DNA from: Candidatus Moanibacter sp.
Lineage (GTDB): Bacteria > Verrucomicrobiota > Verrucomicrobiia > Opitutales > UBA2987
NCBI GenBank assembly: GCA_965215885.1
Contig: CBDCEW010000088.1
Span: 1-64,000, forward strand
Length of the DNA: 64,000 bases
Direction of reading: 5' to 3'
Positions 10,340 to 19,874 of the stretch are shown here, piece by piece (position 1 is the stretch's first letter; the number at the start of each line of letters is the position of its first letter). Under the pieces are notes generated by a model. It searched no databases and had not been told where the DNA came from. It saw nothing but the letters and a program-made list of their open reading frames with translations. Made by a program: the position numbers and the translations under genes.

Positions 10340-10577
10340 TTAATTTGAAGAGAGGCCACAGAGCGAGACTGAGGACCCTAGCGCAGCGTAGCCGCAACGA
10401 AACTCGTAGGTTCTTCCACGCTGAAGAGAATTGAACAGAAGGAAACCCCTTCGGCGGGGCTCAGGGCAGGAGAGAGAAACGAAGAGGCACCAGAGGGAAT
10501 ACTCTTCCGTCCTTTTGCCTACCAGAATGGCCGCACCCGTAGGCTACGACAGTACGCAAGTCATATACGAAACTAGA
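10340..10577. repeat. Mosaic intergenic repeat cluster
   Basis: Contains CTAGCGCAGCGTAGCCGCAAC, AAGAGAATTGAACAGAAGGAAAC and CCCTTCGGCGGGGCTCAGGGCAGG modules that recur near 43910, 51275, 54545 and 60940. Confidence 0.65.
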
Positions 10578-12422
10578 CCTAAAATAAGCGCGTTTAAAGG
10601 TTGAACAGGAAACTTCGTTATTCCTAACGTTATTTGCCATGCTGGCGGTAGTTTTGCCGCCGCCACCCTTGGGCTGGTTTCATGTTTTGCTTTTTTTGAG
10701 TCATATCCGTTCTGTTTTAACGTTAGTTCTGTCCCCTTTTTGGGATACGCCGACAGTCCTTCCGTTGTGGCTGTGCGTTCGCGGTTACTTGATCTGCTAC
10801 CCAGGCGACATAGATCGGAATCGCTCCCAGGTGCTGATAAAATCTCCCATCCACTCGTTCCAGCTTAAAAGCCGATAAACAATTCGGCGCCCGCTTCGGA
10901 TGATTTGCGCGGGGAGCAAGATGATGGCGTGAAGGAAGCGCCGAAACTCCATCTTCACGATCTCCAACCCCCGCTGGCGGTTGGGCATGAGTAATCCATA
11001 CCACGCCTTCAGGTTCCAGGCCAATGCTGTCATTACCATATAGGCCCAATTGCTCAAAAGATCATCCACGGGCATACGCATCGCATTAACCCCGTTTTTG
11101 AGTTGCTCAATAACGTTCTCCTGATCGCAGCGTTGATTCGCAAAGGCGACCACCTGCTCCTTAGTCAGGTCCCTACGATTTGTGATATAAAAAAAGTAGC
11201 GGATCTCATCAAAGAGCACTACTTCGCCCTTTTGCACACTGATGTTCTTACGCACCACCACCATCCGATAGGTCTTTTTGCACTTGTTGGGCCGATAGTC
11301 CAACTCGGCCACACTTTCTGCCTCCAGCACCTTGTTTTCAAAACCCTTCTGGTGCACGATCCCTTCCTTCACTCGCGGCGCTTTAGCTCTCGATTCGGTC
11401 GCTATTTCATGCTTGGGCAACCGCTCCAGTTCGCTCCAGGCCGTCTCTCTGAACTCCTCGGCCAGTCCCACCACTTTGGGATGCGCATCCATTCCGAAGA
11501 TAAATCCCGTTCCTTCTTCATCCCACCGATCGAAGTTTTCTGTCAACGAAAAGTCCGTATCCCCTCGCAAGCAGATTTTCCCCGCATGCGCACGCACAAG
11601 TTCCACCGCCCGATCAATCCACTTTACGCATCCCTCATGGCTAGTCTCATTGCCCGGTCGATTCACCATGTAGAGCACTTCCCTGGTATTTGCCAAACTC
11701 ACGATCAGCGGTGCATAGCCCCAGATCCCCTTATAGCTTATTCCCATACCCCCTTTGCACTTCCCTCTCGTCTGCGCTATCGTCCCGTCCACATCGATGA
11801 ACGCCTCCTCCATGAATCCTTTTGCCTGCTTGTTCCACACCCCTTGCCGTATCCGGTTGATCCCTTCCATCAATTTTTCGATCGCGCCTTCATCAAAGCG
11901 TCGGGTGAAGTCTCCACTGGTCGTCGGATCCGGTATCCTCTGCGCTCCTAAGGCATTCAGAAAAACCTCGTCCTTGCGGCGCAATTCGATGTCTTCGAGC
12001 CGGATCCCTCCCAATAATGCGTTGTAGGCTATGTTGAGCACATGATCACTCTCATGATACGGCAGGTGGCGCTTGAGCAACTGCACGCTCTGGTCGAGCT
12101 CTTCCACCAACCCCAGTCTCTTCACCATCAGGTGAATCGCTCCTATCCCTCCACAACTCACCCCTTTGCCTCGTTCGGCCGTCTCGTAGTGGATGTTGCT
12201 CGCTTTGAACATCGGTTTGGCCTGTTCAGGCCAGCCCCGATTTCTAAGCCGATGCTTTATTCTTCTCTTGCTATTGTGGAGGTTCTTGCGGTATCTTCTT
12301 TTCACTCGAAACGTCCTTTTTTTCTGGGTGGTTTTTTTGGTCGATTAACAGTTTTCCCAGTATCTAAGCGCGTTTCGAGCTTTTTATTGCGTTAGGTATA
12401 TTCCAATCACACTTGTTCGAGG
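10578..12422 (-). mobile_element. IS1380-family insertion sequence, complete
   Basis: Weak TIRs CCTAAAATAAGCGCGTTT / CCTCGAACAAGTGTGATT (12/18). 6-bp direct repeat ACTAGA at 10572-10577 and 12423-12428. Confidence 0.85.
10797..12305 (-). CDS. IS1380-family transposase
   Basis: IPDPTTSGDF, FIDVDGT, GIWGYAPL, RPGN, LRGDTDF and NQRCDQENVIEQLK (DDE) motifs. Confidence 0.95.
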   Translation of the reverse strand: MKRRYRKNLHNSKRRIKHRLRNRGWPEQAKPMFKASNIHYETAERGKGVSCGGIGAIHLMVKRLGLVEELDQSVQLLKRHLPYHESDHVLNIAYNALLGGIRLEDIELRRKDEVFLNALGAQRIPDPTTSGDFTRRFDEGAIEKLMEGINRIRQGVWNKQAKGFMEEAFIDVDGTIAQTRGKCKGGMGISYKGIWGYAPLIVSLANTREVLYMVNRPGNETSHEGCVKWIDRAVELVRAHAGKICLRGDTDFSLTENFDRWDEEGTGFIFGMDAHPKVVGLAEEFRETAWSELERLPKHEIATESRAKAPRVKEGIVHQKGFENKVLEAESVAELDYRPNKCKKTYRMVVVRKNISVQKGEVVLFDEIRYFFYITNRRDLTKEQVVAFANQRCDQENVIEQLKNGVNAMRMPVDDLLSNWAYMVMTALAWNLKAWYGLLMPNRQRGLEIVKMEFRRFLHAIILLPAQIIRSGRRIVYRLLSWNEWMGDFISTWERFRSMSPG

Positions 12423-12431
12423 ACTAGACTT

Positions 12432-13091
12432 CTATGCTCTTTGATGGCGCTGGGCGTTCCACTTTGCGTATGAGGGTTTTTCCGGGCTGTAGGGGAGCGC
12501 GCCATCAACCCGGCGGAGCAATCCGGATTCTTCAAAGATTCGGGGTGTGGCGGCAAAAGTATAGTTGCAATTTCTTACTGAGGAGGGTGGGGGATTATTT
12601 TGCTTGCGCTGGTTGAGGTAGAAAAGCGATTGATCCAGCATTCTGACCTCTTCCGCCCGCACTCTACTGAGCGCAGAGACTCCTCCATCGCAGGAAACGG
12701 TGATCAGATTCCAGAGATCTCTTCTATAATCCGAAATAAGGCTGAAAGGAAGCTGAACGCCCCGTTGAAGAAGGAGGTGGGCGGCTGCCTCGAGGCTGTA
12801 ATAGGCGAAAACTGGCGCATTACAATGAGAGGGCAGACTTCGCCAACCGTTGATTGCCATAGCGGCCAGACGGATACCCAGGACCGAACCCGGACCCTCG
12901 CAAAAAACAAAACCCTGCAGATCTTCCAGTCGGAGTTTGGCCGAATTCAAACAACCTTTGATGCCGGAAAAGAGTGAGTCAAGGGCCTCCCTTTCACACT
13001 CGAAAAAAGCCAACCATTCAAACCTCCTCAAAATTCCCACCTGGACCTGGAGGGAGCTGGCATCGAGAAAGAGCAGCGTTTGATCTTTCAA
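12432..13091 (-). CDS. tsaB: tRNA t6A biosynthesis protein TsaB-like (peptidase M22 family)
   Basis: N-terminal LFLDASS and CEGPGSVLGIRLA motifs. Confidence 0.75.
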   Translation of the reverse strand: MKDQTLLFLDASSLQVQVGILRRFEWLAFFECEREALDSLFSGIKGCLNSAKLRLEDLQGFVFCEGPGSVLGIRLAAMAINGWRSLPSHCNAPVFAYYSLEAAAHLLLQRGVQLPFSLISDYRRDLWNLITVSCDGGVSALSRVRAEEVRMLDQSLFYLNQRKQNNPPPSSVRNCNYTFAATPRIFEESGLLRRVDGALPYSPEKPSYAKWNAQRHQRA

Positions 13092-13211
13092 AAGAACGCG
13101 ATATTACCTTTGGAAGAAGGTCTTGTCATCCTCTTTTGTGCGTTTTCGGTTGCGGGCCGGTAGGAAGTGCTTCCGCCTCGCTTAGCGGGTCTTCATTTTC
13201 GGTCGATTGGT

Positions 13212-13568
13212 CGACGAAGCTCGCGACAAAGTTTGGAGGGAGCTTCCTCCACCCGTAAAGAACCCTTAGTCGTAAGCTTCGTCGTCAACTTCGTCGCGAA
13301 CCTTGTCGACCCTCGACTAAGTTTGCGACAAAGCTCGCGATAAAGTTTGGAGCAAGTTTCCTTCTACCCGTAAGGGACCCTTAGTCGTAAGCTTCGTCGT
13401 CAACTTCGTCACGAACCTTGTCGACCCTCGACTAAGTTTGCGACAAAGCTCGCGATAAAGTTTGGAGCAAGTTTCCTCCACCCGTAAAGGACCCTTAGTC
13501 GTAAGCTTCGTCGCGATCCTTGTCGACCCTCGACTAAGCTTCCGACGAGGCTAACGACGAAGTTTGGA
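13212..13568. repeat. Tandem array of ~3 x 114-115 bp units built from inverted 12-mers
   Basis: Units begin at 13212, 13326 and 13441. Sub-repeats CGACAAAGCTCG/CGATAAAGTTTG/CGACTAAGTTTG face reverse-complement-like copies across a GTCGACCCTCGAC centre. Confidence 0.9.
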
Positions 13569-13621
13569 GAGAGGCGGTTAGGGGTGGGTGGTATCCAAGT
13601 CAGATTCCACTCAATAGAACG

Positions 13622-15064
13622 CTAGTACTTTCTTCTTAAGTTTGTCGCCAGGATGCCCAATTCCTCTCGATATTTCGCGACCGTGCGCCGGGCGATTTTA
13701 ATATTCCTTTCAACAAGGATATTTACGATGCCCTGATCGCTAAAGGGTTTGGCGGGATCTTCCTCTTCAATAATATCCGCGATAAGCTTTTTAATCGAAG
13801 TGTTGGAGACGGCCTCACCATTGAAGGAAGTGTAACCGGTTGTAAAAAAATACTTGAAGGCGAATACCCCGTGTGGAGTGTCGATGTACTTATTGGAGAT
13901 TGCGCGACTAATGGTAGTCTCGTGCACCCCAATTATTTCCGCAACCTGGTTCATGGTAAGCGGGTGTAATTTCGAAACACCGTGTTCAAAGAAGTCCCCC
14001 TGAAATTGAAGTATCTCTCGTGTGATACGTTCGATCGTCTGTTGTCGTTGTTCGATCGAGCTTATTAGAAACTTTCCCGATCGGAGCTTATCGTGAATAT
14101 ACTCTTTCTCTTTGGGAGACAGTTTTCCTTTTGCTATCAGGTTCTTGTAAGTACTGTTGAGACGAAGCCGCGGGATATAGTCGTTGCTTAATGTTACGAC
14201 CCATTCGTCGAGCTGTTTTTCCACTTTAACGTCGGGAACAACCACGCGGTTGGTATCCTCTCCAAATCTCCGACCCGGCGCGGGGTCAAGAGCAGCAATT
14301 TCTTCGATGGCTGCCTGGACTTCATCGATGTTGACACCCATTTTTCGCGCGATTTCGGGAATACGGCGCCTCAAGAGCAGATCGAAATGATCTTGTATAA
14401 TGGTAGCGGCGATACTGGTATCATTTCTGGCAAGTTTGAGTTGAATCAAAAGGCACTCTTGAAGATCTACGCTTCCGATTCCCGGTGGATCCAGGCTTTT
14501 CAGCAGGTTATGCGCTTGTTCAATCAACTCCGAAGATAGACCCGAGCCATCCGCGACGACCGATGGAGGTAGAGTCAAGAACCCCCGATCGTTGAGGCTT
14601 CCCACGAGATACTCGAGGGCCTTCACCACCTCTGGAGAAGCATCGCTCAATACCGCCTGCTGAATGATGTGTTCTTGAAGCGATATTTCGGAGGCAATAG
14701 AGTCGAAAAAATGCTGGCGTTTTTCGGCTTGCTCGGAGGTGTAGGGGGTGGCTCCATTCTCCTGCTCGAAATACTCCCTCATATCCTCACTGAGCTTCAT
14801 TAAGACATCGTTATCATTCTCAAAGTCGAGCTCTTTGCCGCTGTCTTCTCTTTCCGGCGAATCCTCGGATATTTCGCTCTCTTCCAAACTGATATCATCC
14901 ATGGGTAGTTCTTCCAGGGCCGGATTTGTCTGAAGCTCCTCCAATATGGTAGTTCTAAGTTCCAACGCGGGGGCCTGCAGAATCTTCAACGACTGGCGCA
15001 GTTGCGGAGCCAGGACGAGAGTCTGTGTTTGTCGCTGGACTTGTTGAAGTCCTAAGGCACTCAT
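13622..15064 (-). CDS. rpoN: RNA polymerase sigma-54 factor
   Basis: PQLRQSLKILQ region I, ELQTNPALE, HETTISRA HTH and the RpoN box ARRTVAKYRE. Confidence 0.97.
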   Translation of the reverse strand: MSALGLQQVQRQTQTLVLAPQLRQSLKILQAPALELRTTILEELQTNPALEELPMDDISLEESEISEDSPEREDSGKELDFENDNDVLMKLSEDMREYFEQENGATPYTSEQAEKRQHFFDSIASEISLQEHIIQQAVLSDASPEVVKALEYLVGSLNDRGFLTLPPSVVADGSGLSSELIEQAHNLLKSLDPPGIGSVDLQECLLIQLKLARNDTSIAATIIQDHFDLLLRRRIPEIARKMGVNIDEVQAAIEEIAALDPAPGRRFGEDTNRVVVPDVKVEKQLDEWVVTLSNDYIPRLRLNSTYKNLIAKGKLSPKEKEYIHDKLRSGKFLISSIEQRQQTIERITREILQFQGDFFEHGVSKLHPLTMNQVAEIIGVHETTISRAISNKYIDTPHGVFAFKYFFTTGYTSFNGEAVSNTSIKKLIADIIEEEDPAKPFSDQGIVNILVERNIKIARRTVAKYREELGILATNLRRKY

Positions 15065-15097
15065 GGGAAGTTTCTTACACTCCTATCCGATATTGTC

Positions 15098-16084
15098 TTA
15101 AAGAAGCTTGGTGGGGCTACTTGCCAGCCCGGAATCCGGTTCAAAGGCCATACCGTCGGCAAACACATCCTGGAGATAGTCTGCCAGCTTTGCATTAGTG
15201 GGACCGTAGCCGTCGCTGTATAGGTAGACTTCCAGTGCTGTGAGCATGTCGTCGCCTGTCTGGTACCTGGCGTCACGCTCTCGTTGAAGGGTCTTATGAA
15301 GAATCTCGTTGAGCCTCTCGTCGATACCTGGACGTAACTCCGTGAAATCCGGTATCTCCATCTCCAGAATATTTTTTCGGGTCTCGGACCCTTCGTCGGC
15401 CTCGAAAATATTCCTGTCAAGAAGCAATTCGGCCATTACGATACCACAGCAGAACAGGTCTGCGCGAGCGTCTGTAATTTGCCTCTCCGCCTGCTCGGGT
15501 GAAAGGTATTCATCTTTACCAGCAATGACTTCACCTTCTTCATTATACATGAGGTCGAAAGCCTTGGCGATGCCGAAATCGGTAAGTTTCACATCACCCT
15601 CCTGGGCGAGCATGATGTTCTTGGGATTTACATCGCGGTGGACGATACCCAGCAACCTCCCATTCGCGTCTCTTTTGTCATGGGCGTAGGCAAGACCTCG
15701 GCAGATCCTTGATATAATAAAGACGGCAATCTCAATAGGAATGGGACGGCCGAGACAGCGATGCTGGAAGATAAATTCCTCGAGATTAACCCCGTTAACG
15801 TATTCCATAACCATGAAATACTGTCCCTTGATCGTTCCCAAGTGGTAGGTTTGCACAATGTTGGTATGGATGAGATCGGCCACGAGACGGGCTTCTCCCA
15901 CGAAATTGTCTCGAAATTCCTTGATAGCGGAAAACTCCTCGCGGATAAGCTTTATCGCGACGGTCTTGGAGAACTCATCAACACCCAGCTGGAGTGCTTC
16001 ATAAACAACACCCATTCCACCAGAGGCAATTTTCCGCACAAGCGGGTAGTGGATTTCATTAAAGAGAGTATCTGGAGCAGCCAC
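15098..16084 (-). CDS. Hanks-type Ser/Thr protein kinase, single cytoplasmic domain
   Basis: [25 protein letters not shown] and YLSPEQ motifs; no transmembrane segment. Confidence 0.92.
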   Translation of the reverse strand: MAAPDTLFNEIHYPLVRKIASGGMGVVYEALQLGVDEFSKTVAIKLIREEFSAIKEFRDNFVGEARLVADLIHTNIVQTYHLGTIKGQYFMVMEYVNGVNLEEFIFQHRCLGRPIPIEIAVFIISRICRGLAYAHDKRDANGRLLGIVHRDVNPKNIMLAQEGDVKLTDFGIAKAFDLMYNEEGEVIAGKDEYLSPEQAERQITDARADLFCCGIVMAELLLDRNIFEADEGSETRKNILEMEIPDFTELRPGIDERLNEILHKTLQRERDARYQTGDDMLTALEVYLYSDGYGPTNAKLADYLQDVFADGMAFEPDSGLASSPTKLL

Positions 16085-16225
16085 AAAATGAAATTAGAAT
16101 TATTTCTGGTGGCGTTGCAAGTGGGATATTACCGCGAAAATTGCTTCATCGTAATAAATATCGGAACTTTAAGCTCGAAATAATGCGCTGCTAGGCATTT
16201 ATTTATTCTAAAGGCTGGTTTAGAG

Positions 16226-16543
16226 ATGATTACATTGACGGAACGGGCAGCGCAGCGTGTAAGCGAAATGCGGGCGGAGATCGATGATCCTGCCAAGATG
16301 CTGCGCATCTGCGTGGAGAAGGGCGGATGTTCCGGGCTGGAGTATGGAATGCGATTTGATGGAAGAGGGGATGACGATGTGGAAATCGAGAGCCGGGGGA
16401 TTAAGGTAATTCTGGACCGCGGCAGTTTCGATCATCTGGAAGGCTCCGAGGTCGATTTTGATGACGGGTTGAATGGAAAGGGTTTCGAAATTCACAATCC
16501 CAACGCCAACACCACATGTGGATGTGGAAAGTCTTTCAGTTAG
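16226..16543 (+). CDS. A-type Fe-S cluster carrier (IscA/SufA/ErpA, HesB family)
   Basis: GGCSGLEY and NPNANTTCGCGKSF motifs. Confidence 0.95.
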   Translation: MITLTERAAQRVSEMRAEIDDPAKMLRICVEKGGCSGLEYGMRFDGRGDDDVEIESRGIKVILDRGSFDHLEGSEVDFDDGLNGKGFEIHNPNANTTCGCGKSFS

Positions 16544-16636
16544 GAATCTGTCGGAACTAACTTTCGGAAGTCACCGAGATAATCCGCTTTCTGGGTGAGT
16601 GTGCATCACAAGCGTTTCGACCACCGACATATTCCT
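16542..16636. mobile_element. Small MITE-like element
   Basis: AGGAATCTGTCGG ... CCGACATATTCCT inverted ends (12/13), starting at the stop codon of the preceding gene. The same end occurs at 22666 and, reversed, at 7531-7546. Confidence 0.55.
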
Positions 16637-16802
16637 GAACCCGGCTAGCCGGGAAGCAGCAGAGCGGGGAGTGAATTAAATCCGGCGAGAGTTCTCCCAA
16701 ACTCACCCTTAGGACATTTTCGATCTTGCGGCTGCGGAAAAGCTCGGTCAGATGAAGACTCCCCGTCTCGGCATGTACGTGTTTAGTGTGCCTTTGACTG
16801 CT

Positions 16803-17002
16803 GGCTGCCCCGGTCTTGTGCCGGGGTGGCGCGCGTTCCCTGCTGTAAACCGTGTGCCTCTACCAACCCCCGCCCGTCCCTTCTCGCCCCAGTCCCGGTG
16901 CACCGGGACTGGGGCGAGAAGGGACGGGCGGGGGGAGCACGGCGGCAATTGCGTATTATAGCTGTATACTGTGCGCCACCCCGGCACAAGACCGGGGCAG
17001 CC
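16803..17002. repeat. Nested inverted repeat: 30-bp perfect IR pair enclosing a 68-bp perfect palindrome
   Basis: GGCTGCCCCGGTCTTGTGCCGGGGTGGCGC (16803-16832) is the reverse complement of 16973-17002. 16867-16934 is a loop-less palindrome centred on GGTG|CACC. Lies between convergent genes. Confidence 0.95.
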
Positions 17003-17079
17003 TCAGAAACGCTAAACAGGTACCCCGGCTTGCCGCGGACGGGGAATTAGCAAGTTCAATCGGGTGTTTCAACCCCCTG

Positions 17080-17751
17080 CTAGACTCGGGCGTGGTGGAT
17101 GGCAGTGGTGGAGAGTGAGAGGGGCTGGGCCACGACTTGAGAGAAGCCGGCCGTCAGCAATTCCTCCGAAAGCGATTGGCGGGTGGGGAACTCCGCGATA
17201 CTGTTAACCAGATAGCGATAGGCCTCGGGTCTACCGGTTGCCAGACCAGCAATTCGAGGAAGGAGAAATCGCAGGTAAAAAAAGTAAAACGGTTTAAAAA
17301 GAATCATAGGCTGGCTGAATTCGAGGACGAAGAGGGAGCCGGTGGGTTTTTTGAGGACACGAAGTGTCTCTTTCAGACCACGATTCCGGTCTTCAAGGTT
17401 ACGGATCCCGAATGCAATGGTTATGGCATCGATGGTGTCGTCTGCCAAGGGTAGATTCAGGCAATCCCCGGAAACCAATTTGACATCCTCGAGATCGCTT
17501 TTGGCATTTCTTTTCTGTTCCGCCCTTGCGAGCATGGGGGGACAGAAATCCATGCCTGTGACTTCAACTTCAGCCCCGAGACTGCGTTTGAGGGCAAACG
17601 CGACATCGCCGCTACCGGTGGCGAGGTCGACTACGATCCTGGGATGGCATTGTTTTACGGCGCGGACGAGTCGATTCCTCCAGTAAAAATCGAGGCCGAA
17701 GCTAAGGAGGTGGTTTGCGAGATCGTAGCGCCCGGCAATCTGCGCAAACAT
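17080..17751 (-). CDS. ubiE: Ubiquinone/menaquinone C-methyltransferase UbiE/MenG
   Basis: MFAQIAGRYDLANHLLSFG, VDLATGSGD, IAFGIRN, LEFS and AYRYLVNSI. Confidence 0.93.
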   Translation of the reverse strand: MFAQIAGRYDLANHLLSFGLDFYWRNRLVRAVKQCHPRIVVDLATGSGDVAFALKRSLGAEVEVTGMDFCPPMLARAEQKRNAKSDLEDVKLVSGDCLNLPLADDTIDAITIAFGIRNLEDRNRGLKETLRVLKKPTGSLFVLEFSQPMILFKPFYFFYLRFLLPRIAGLATGRPEAYRYLVNSIAEFPTRQSLSEELLTAGFSQVVAQPLSLSTTAIHHARV

Positions 17752-17814
17752 CTCTCTTACAGCGTCGGCGCTGATCCGCTGCTGTCCTTTTATCCGTTGC
17801 AGTTTATCTTTCTT

Positions 17815-19413
17815 CTAGGCGCTATCATCCTCTTCGTTATCAAAGCTCTCTACAACGAGACGGGAGAGTTCCTGGTCCGGATTCTCGACAAATTTTCTCG
17901 TGATGGTGAAAGCATTCAAGCCCGTATTATTGGATACGATCTTAAGACCGTGTTGAAAATCGCGAAACTTACCTTCGCAGACAGCCCGGATTGTCATGTC
18001 ACTTTCGAGGGAAATTCGAATGAGGGTGTTGCGCGCACTACGATCAAACTTCAGGGTCAAACTATGCTCTCTCTTAAATCTATCGGCAAAATCGGAGACA
18101 TCCTTGTTAAGAACTTTGCGTTGTGCTTCCTTCTGATCCTTTAGAATCTCATTCAAGGAGTTTTCGGGATCGGCGATAGTGTCGCTGGTTACGTGGAAGG
18201 TTTTAACGGCTGTAGAAGGCAACTCGAACTTGAAGTTCCTAAAGATGCGCTCCAGAACGGTCATGAGCCCGCGAGCGCCGGTACGCTCTTTGAAGGCGCG
18301 TGCGGCGATTTCGTGAACCGCGCCTGGGTCGATGTCGAAACTGATCCGATAGCCTTTGAAATCCAGTCGATACTGTTCAAGGATGCTTCCTTCCGAGCTC
18401 GTAAGAATCTGGGAAAGATCCTCTTCTGAAAGCGCGTCACATACTTCGCGGACCGGTAATCTGCCGACAAATTCGGGTTCAAATCCATACTTGATAAAAT
18501 CGGAGGTCTCGACGAACTTGAGAAATTCCGAATTGTCTGCTTCCTCTCTTTCCGGTTTGCTGCTGAATCCAATCTGCGAAGTTTCGACTCGCTTTCGTAT
18601 CGTCTCAGCCAATTTGTCGAACGCGCCGCTGACAATGAAAAGAATATGCCTCGTGCTGATGGTTCTGTTTCTCGGTTTACCGCCTCGGGTCATCTCCATT
18701 ACGGCTTGCATCTGTGAGAGCATATCCGTGGGGCTGAACAAATTGACCTCAGTGTCTTCCATCAGTTTCAGGAGATTTATCTGAACTCCACGCCCGGAGA
18801 CGTCACGGCCGTGGCCGGTCTGGACGGAGGCAATCTTATCAATTTCGTCAATGTAGATGATGCCATATTGGGCCAAATCTACATTTCCGCCGGCCATCTT
18901 GAACAGGTCGCGCACGAGGTCCTCGACGTCGTAGCCCACATAACCGGTCTCCGAGAACTTCGTGGCGTCGGCTTTGACAAAGGGCACACCGATCAACTTT
19001 GAGATACAGCGCATGAGATAGGTCTTTCCAACGCCCGTCGGTCCAAGGAGGATGATGTTCTGTTTTTGATATTCCTTGTCCACGAGGTCAGGATTTTCTA
19101 TACACTGGCGGACGTGGTTGTAGTGATCGCAGATTGCTACGGAAAGTATCTTTTTCGCTTCTAACTGCTTGACTACAAACCGATTGAGGTAATCGCGAAT
19201 CTCCTTCGGCCTGAGGTTGAATTCCTCGATGCGGCGCAGCACGACATCCTCATCCATTTCCTCAACCGCCGAATCGCCCTGAGATTCGCCCGTCTCGGGA
19301 GGAGGGCTCTCCAACGGTTTTTGGAAGCTGAAGCTTATATTTGGGTTTTTGAGCGCCTCCTGAATCTGTTTTTGCAGGTCCTCAAAGGGGTTCTTAGGTT
19401 CTTTATCGCTCAC
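17815..19413 (-). CDS. clpX: ClpX-like AAA+ ATPase lacking the N-terminal zinc-binding domain
   Basis: [36 protein letters not shown] loop, PEFVGRLP and TGARGL; no C4 zinc finger. Confidence 0.85.
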   Translation of the reverse strand: MSDKEPKNPFEDLQKQIQEALKNPNISFSFQKPLESPPPETGESQGDSAVEEMDEDVVLRRIEEFNLRPKEIRDYLNRFVVKQLEAKKILSVAICDHYNHVRQCIENPDLVDKEYQKQNIILLGPTGVGKTYLMRCISKLIGVPFVKADATKFSETGYVGYDVEDLVRDLFKMAGGNVDLAQYGIIYIDEIDKIASVQTGHGRDVSGRGVQINLLKLMEDTEVNLFSPTDMLSQMQAVMEMTRGGKPRNRTISTRHILFIVSGAFDKLAETIRKRVETSQIGFSSKPEREEADNSEFLKFVETSDFIKYGFEPEFVGRLPVREVCDALSEEDLSQILTSSEGSILEQYRLDFKGYRISFDIDPGAVHEIAARAFKERTGARGLMTVLERIFRNFKFELPSTAVKTFHVTSDTIADPENSLNEILKDQKEAQRKVLNKDVSDFADRFKREHSLTLKFDRSARNTLIRISLESDMTIRAVCEGKFRDFQHGLKIVSNNTGLNAFTITRKFVENPDQELSRLVVESFDNEEDDSA

Positions 19414-19511
19414 AATTTATAGTTTGACAGATCTTTACGGATTTACAGAAGTATCAGATAGTTAATAACTTTTAACGCAATATAACGCTCTTATACTAAA
19501 AAACAACTCAT

Positions 19512-19826
19512 ATGTCAGGGAACCTCACCAAGCGAGACATCGTCCTCAATATCTACGATAAGACGGGTTTTGCTCAGAAGGAAGTTCGCGAGGTAGTTCA
19601 GTTGACACTGGATTCGATCGCGGAGGCTCTAGCGGGAGGACGCAATGTTGAGTTACGCAATTTCGGTGTTTTTGCAGCGCAGGTGCGCAAATCACGAATC
19701 GGCCGAAACCCCAATAGACCGGAAACCGACGTAATAATTCCCAAACGAGCTGTCATAAAATTCAAGGCGGGCAAGGAACTCAAGGGAGCTCTGAAAAGTC
19801 TCGATCTTGAAGATATTGATGGCTAG
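19512..19826 (+). CDS. HU/IHF family DNA-binding protein
   Basis: VELRNFGVF, RIGRNP and FKAGKELK. Confidence 0.93.
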   Translation: MSGNLTKRDIVLNIYDKTGFAQKEVREVVQLTLDSIAEALAGGRNVELRNFGVFAAQVRKSRIGRNPNRPETDVIIPKRAVIKFKAGKELKGALKSLDLEDIDG

Positions 19827-19874
19827 GTGTTTGGGAAACCCTCATAGGTTGCGCTGGAATTTAGTCCCTTCCCG

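Noticed and set aside
11103..11951. 282-aa plus-strand ORF, and similar long antisense ORFs elsewhere
   Set aside because: It lies wholly opposite a well-supported gene and has no recognisable motifs.
13212..13568. CRISPR array
   Set aside because: The units are near-identical throughout, there are no unique spacers, and no cas genes are in the window.
16748..17118. Several short ORFs on both strands sharing identical peptide segments
   Set aside because: These are artefacts of the perfect palindrome and inverted repeats.
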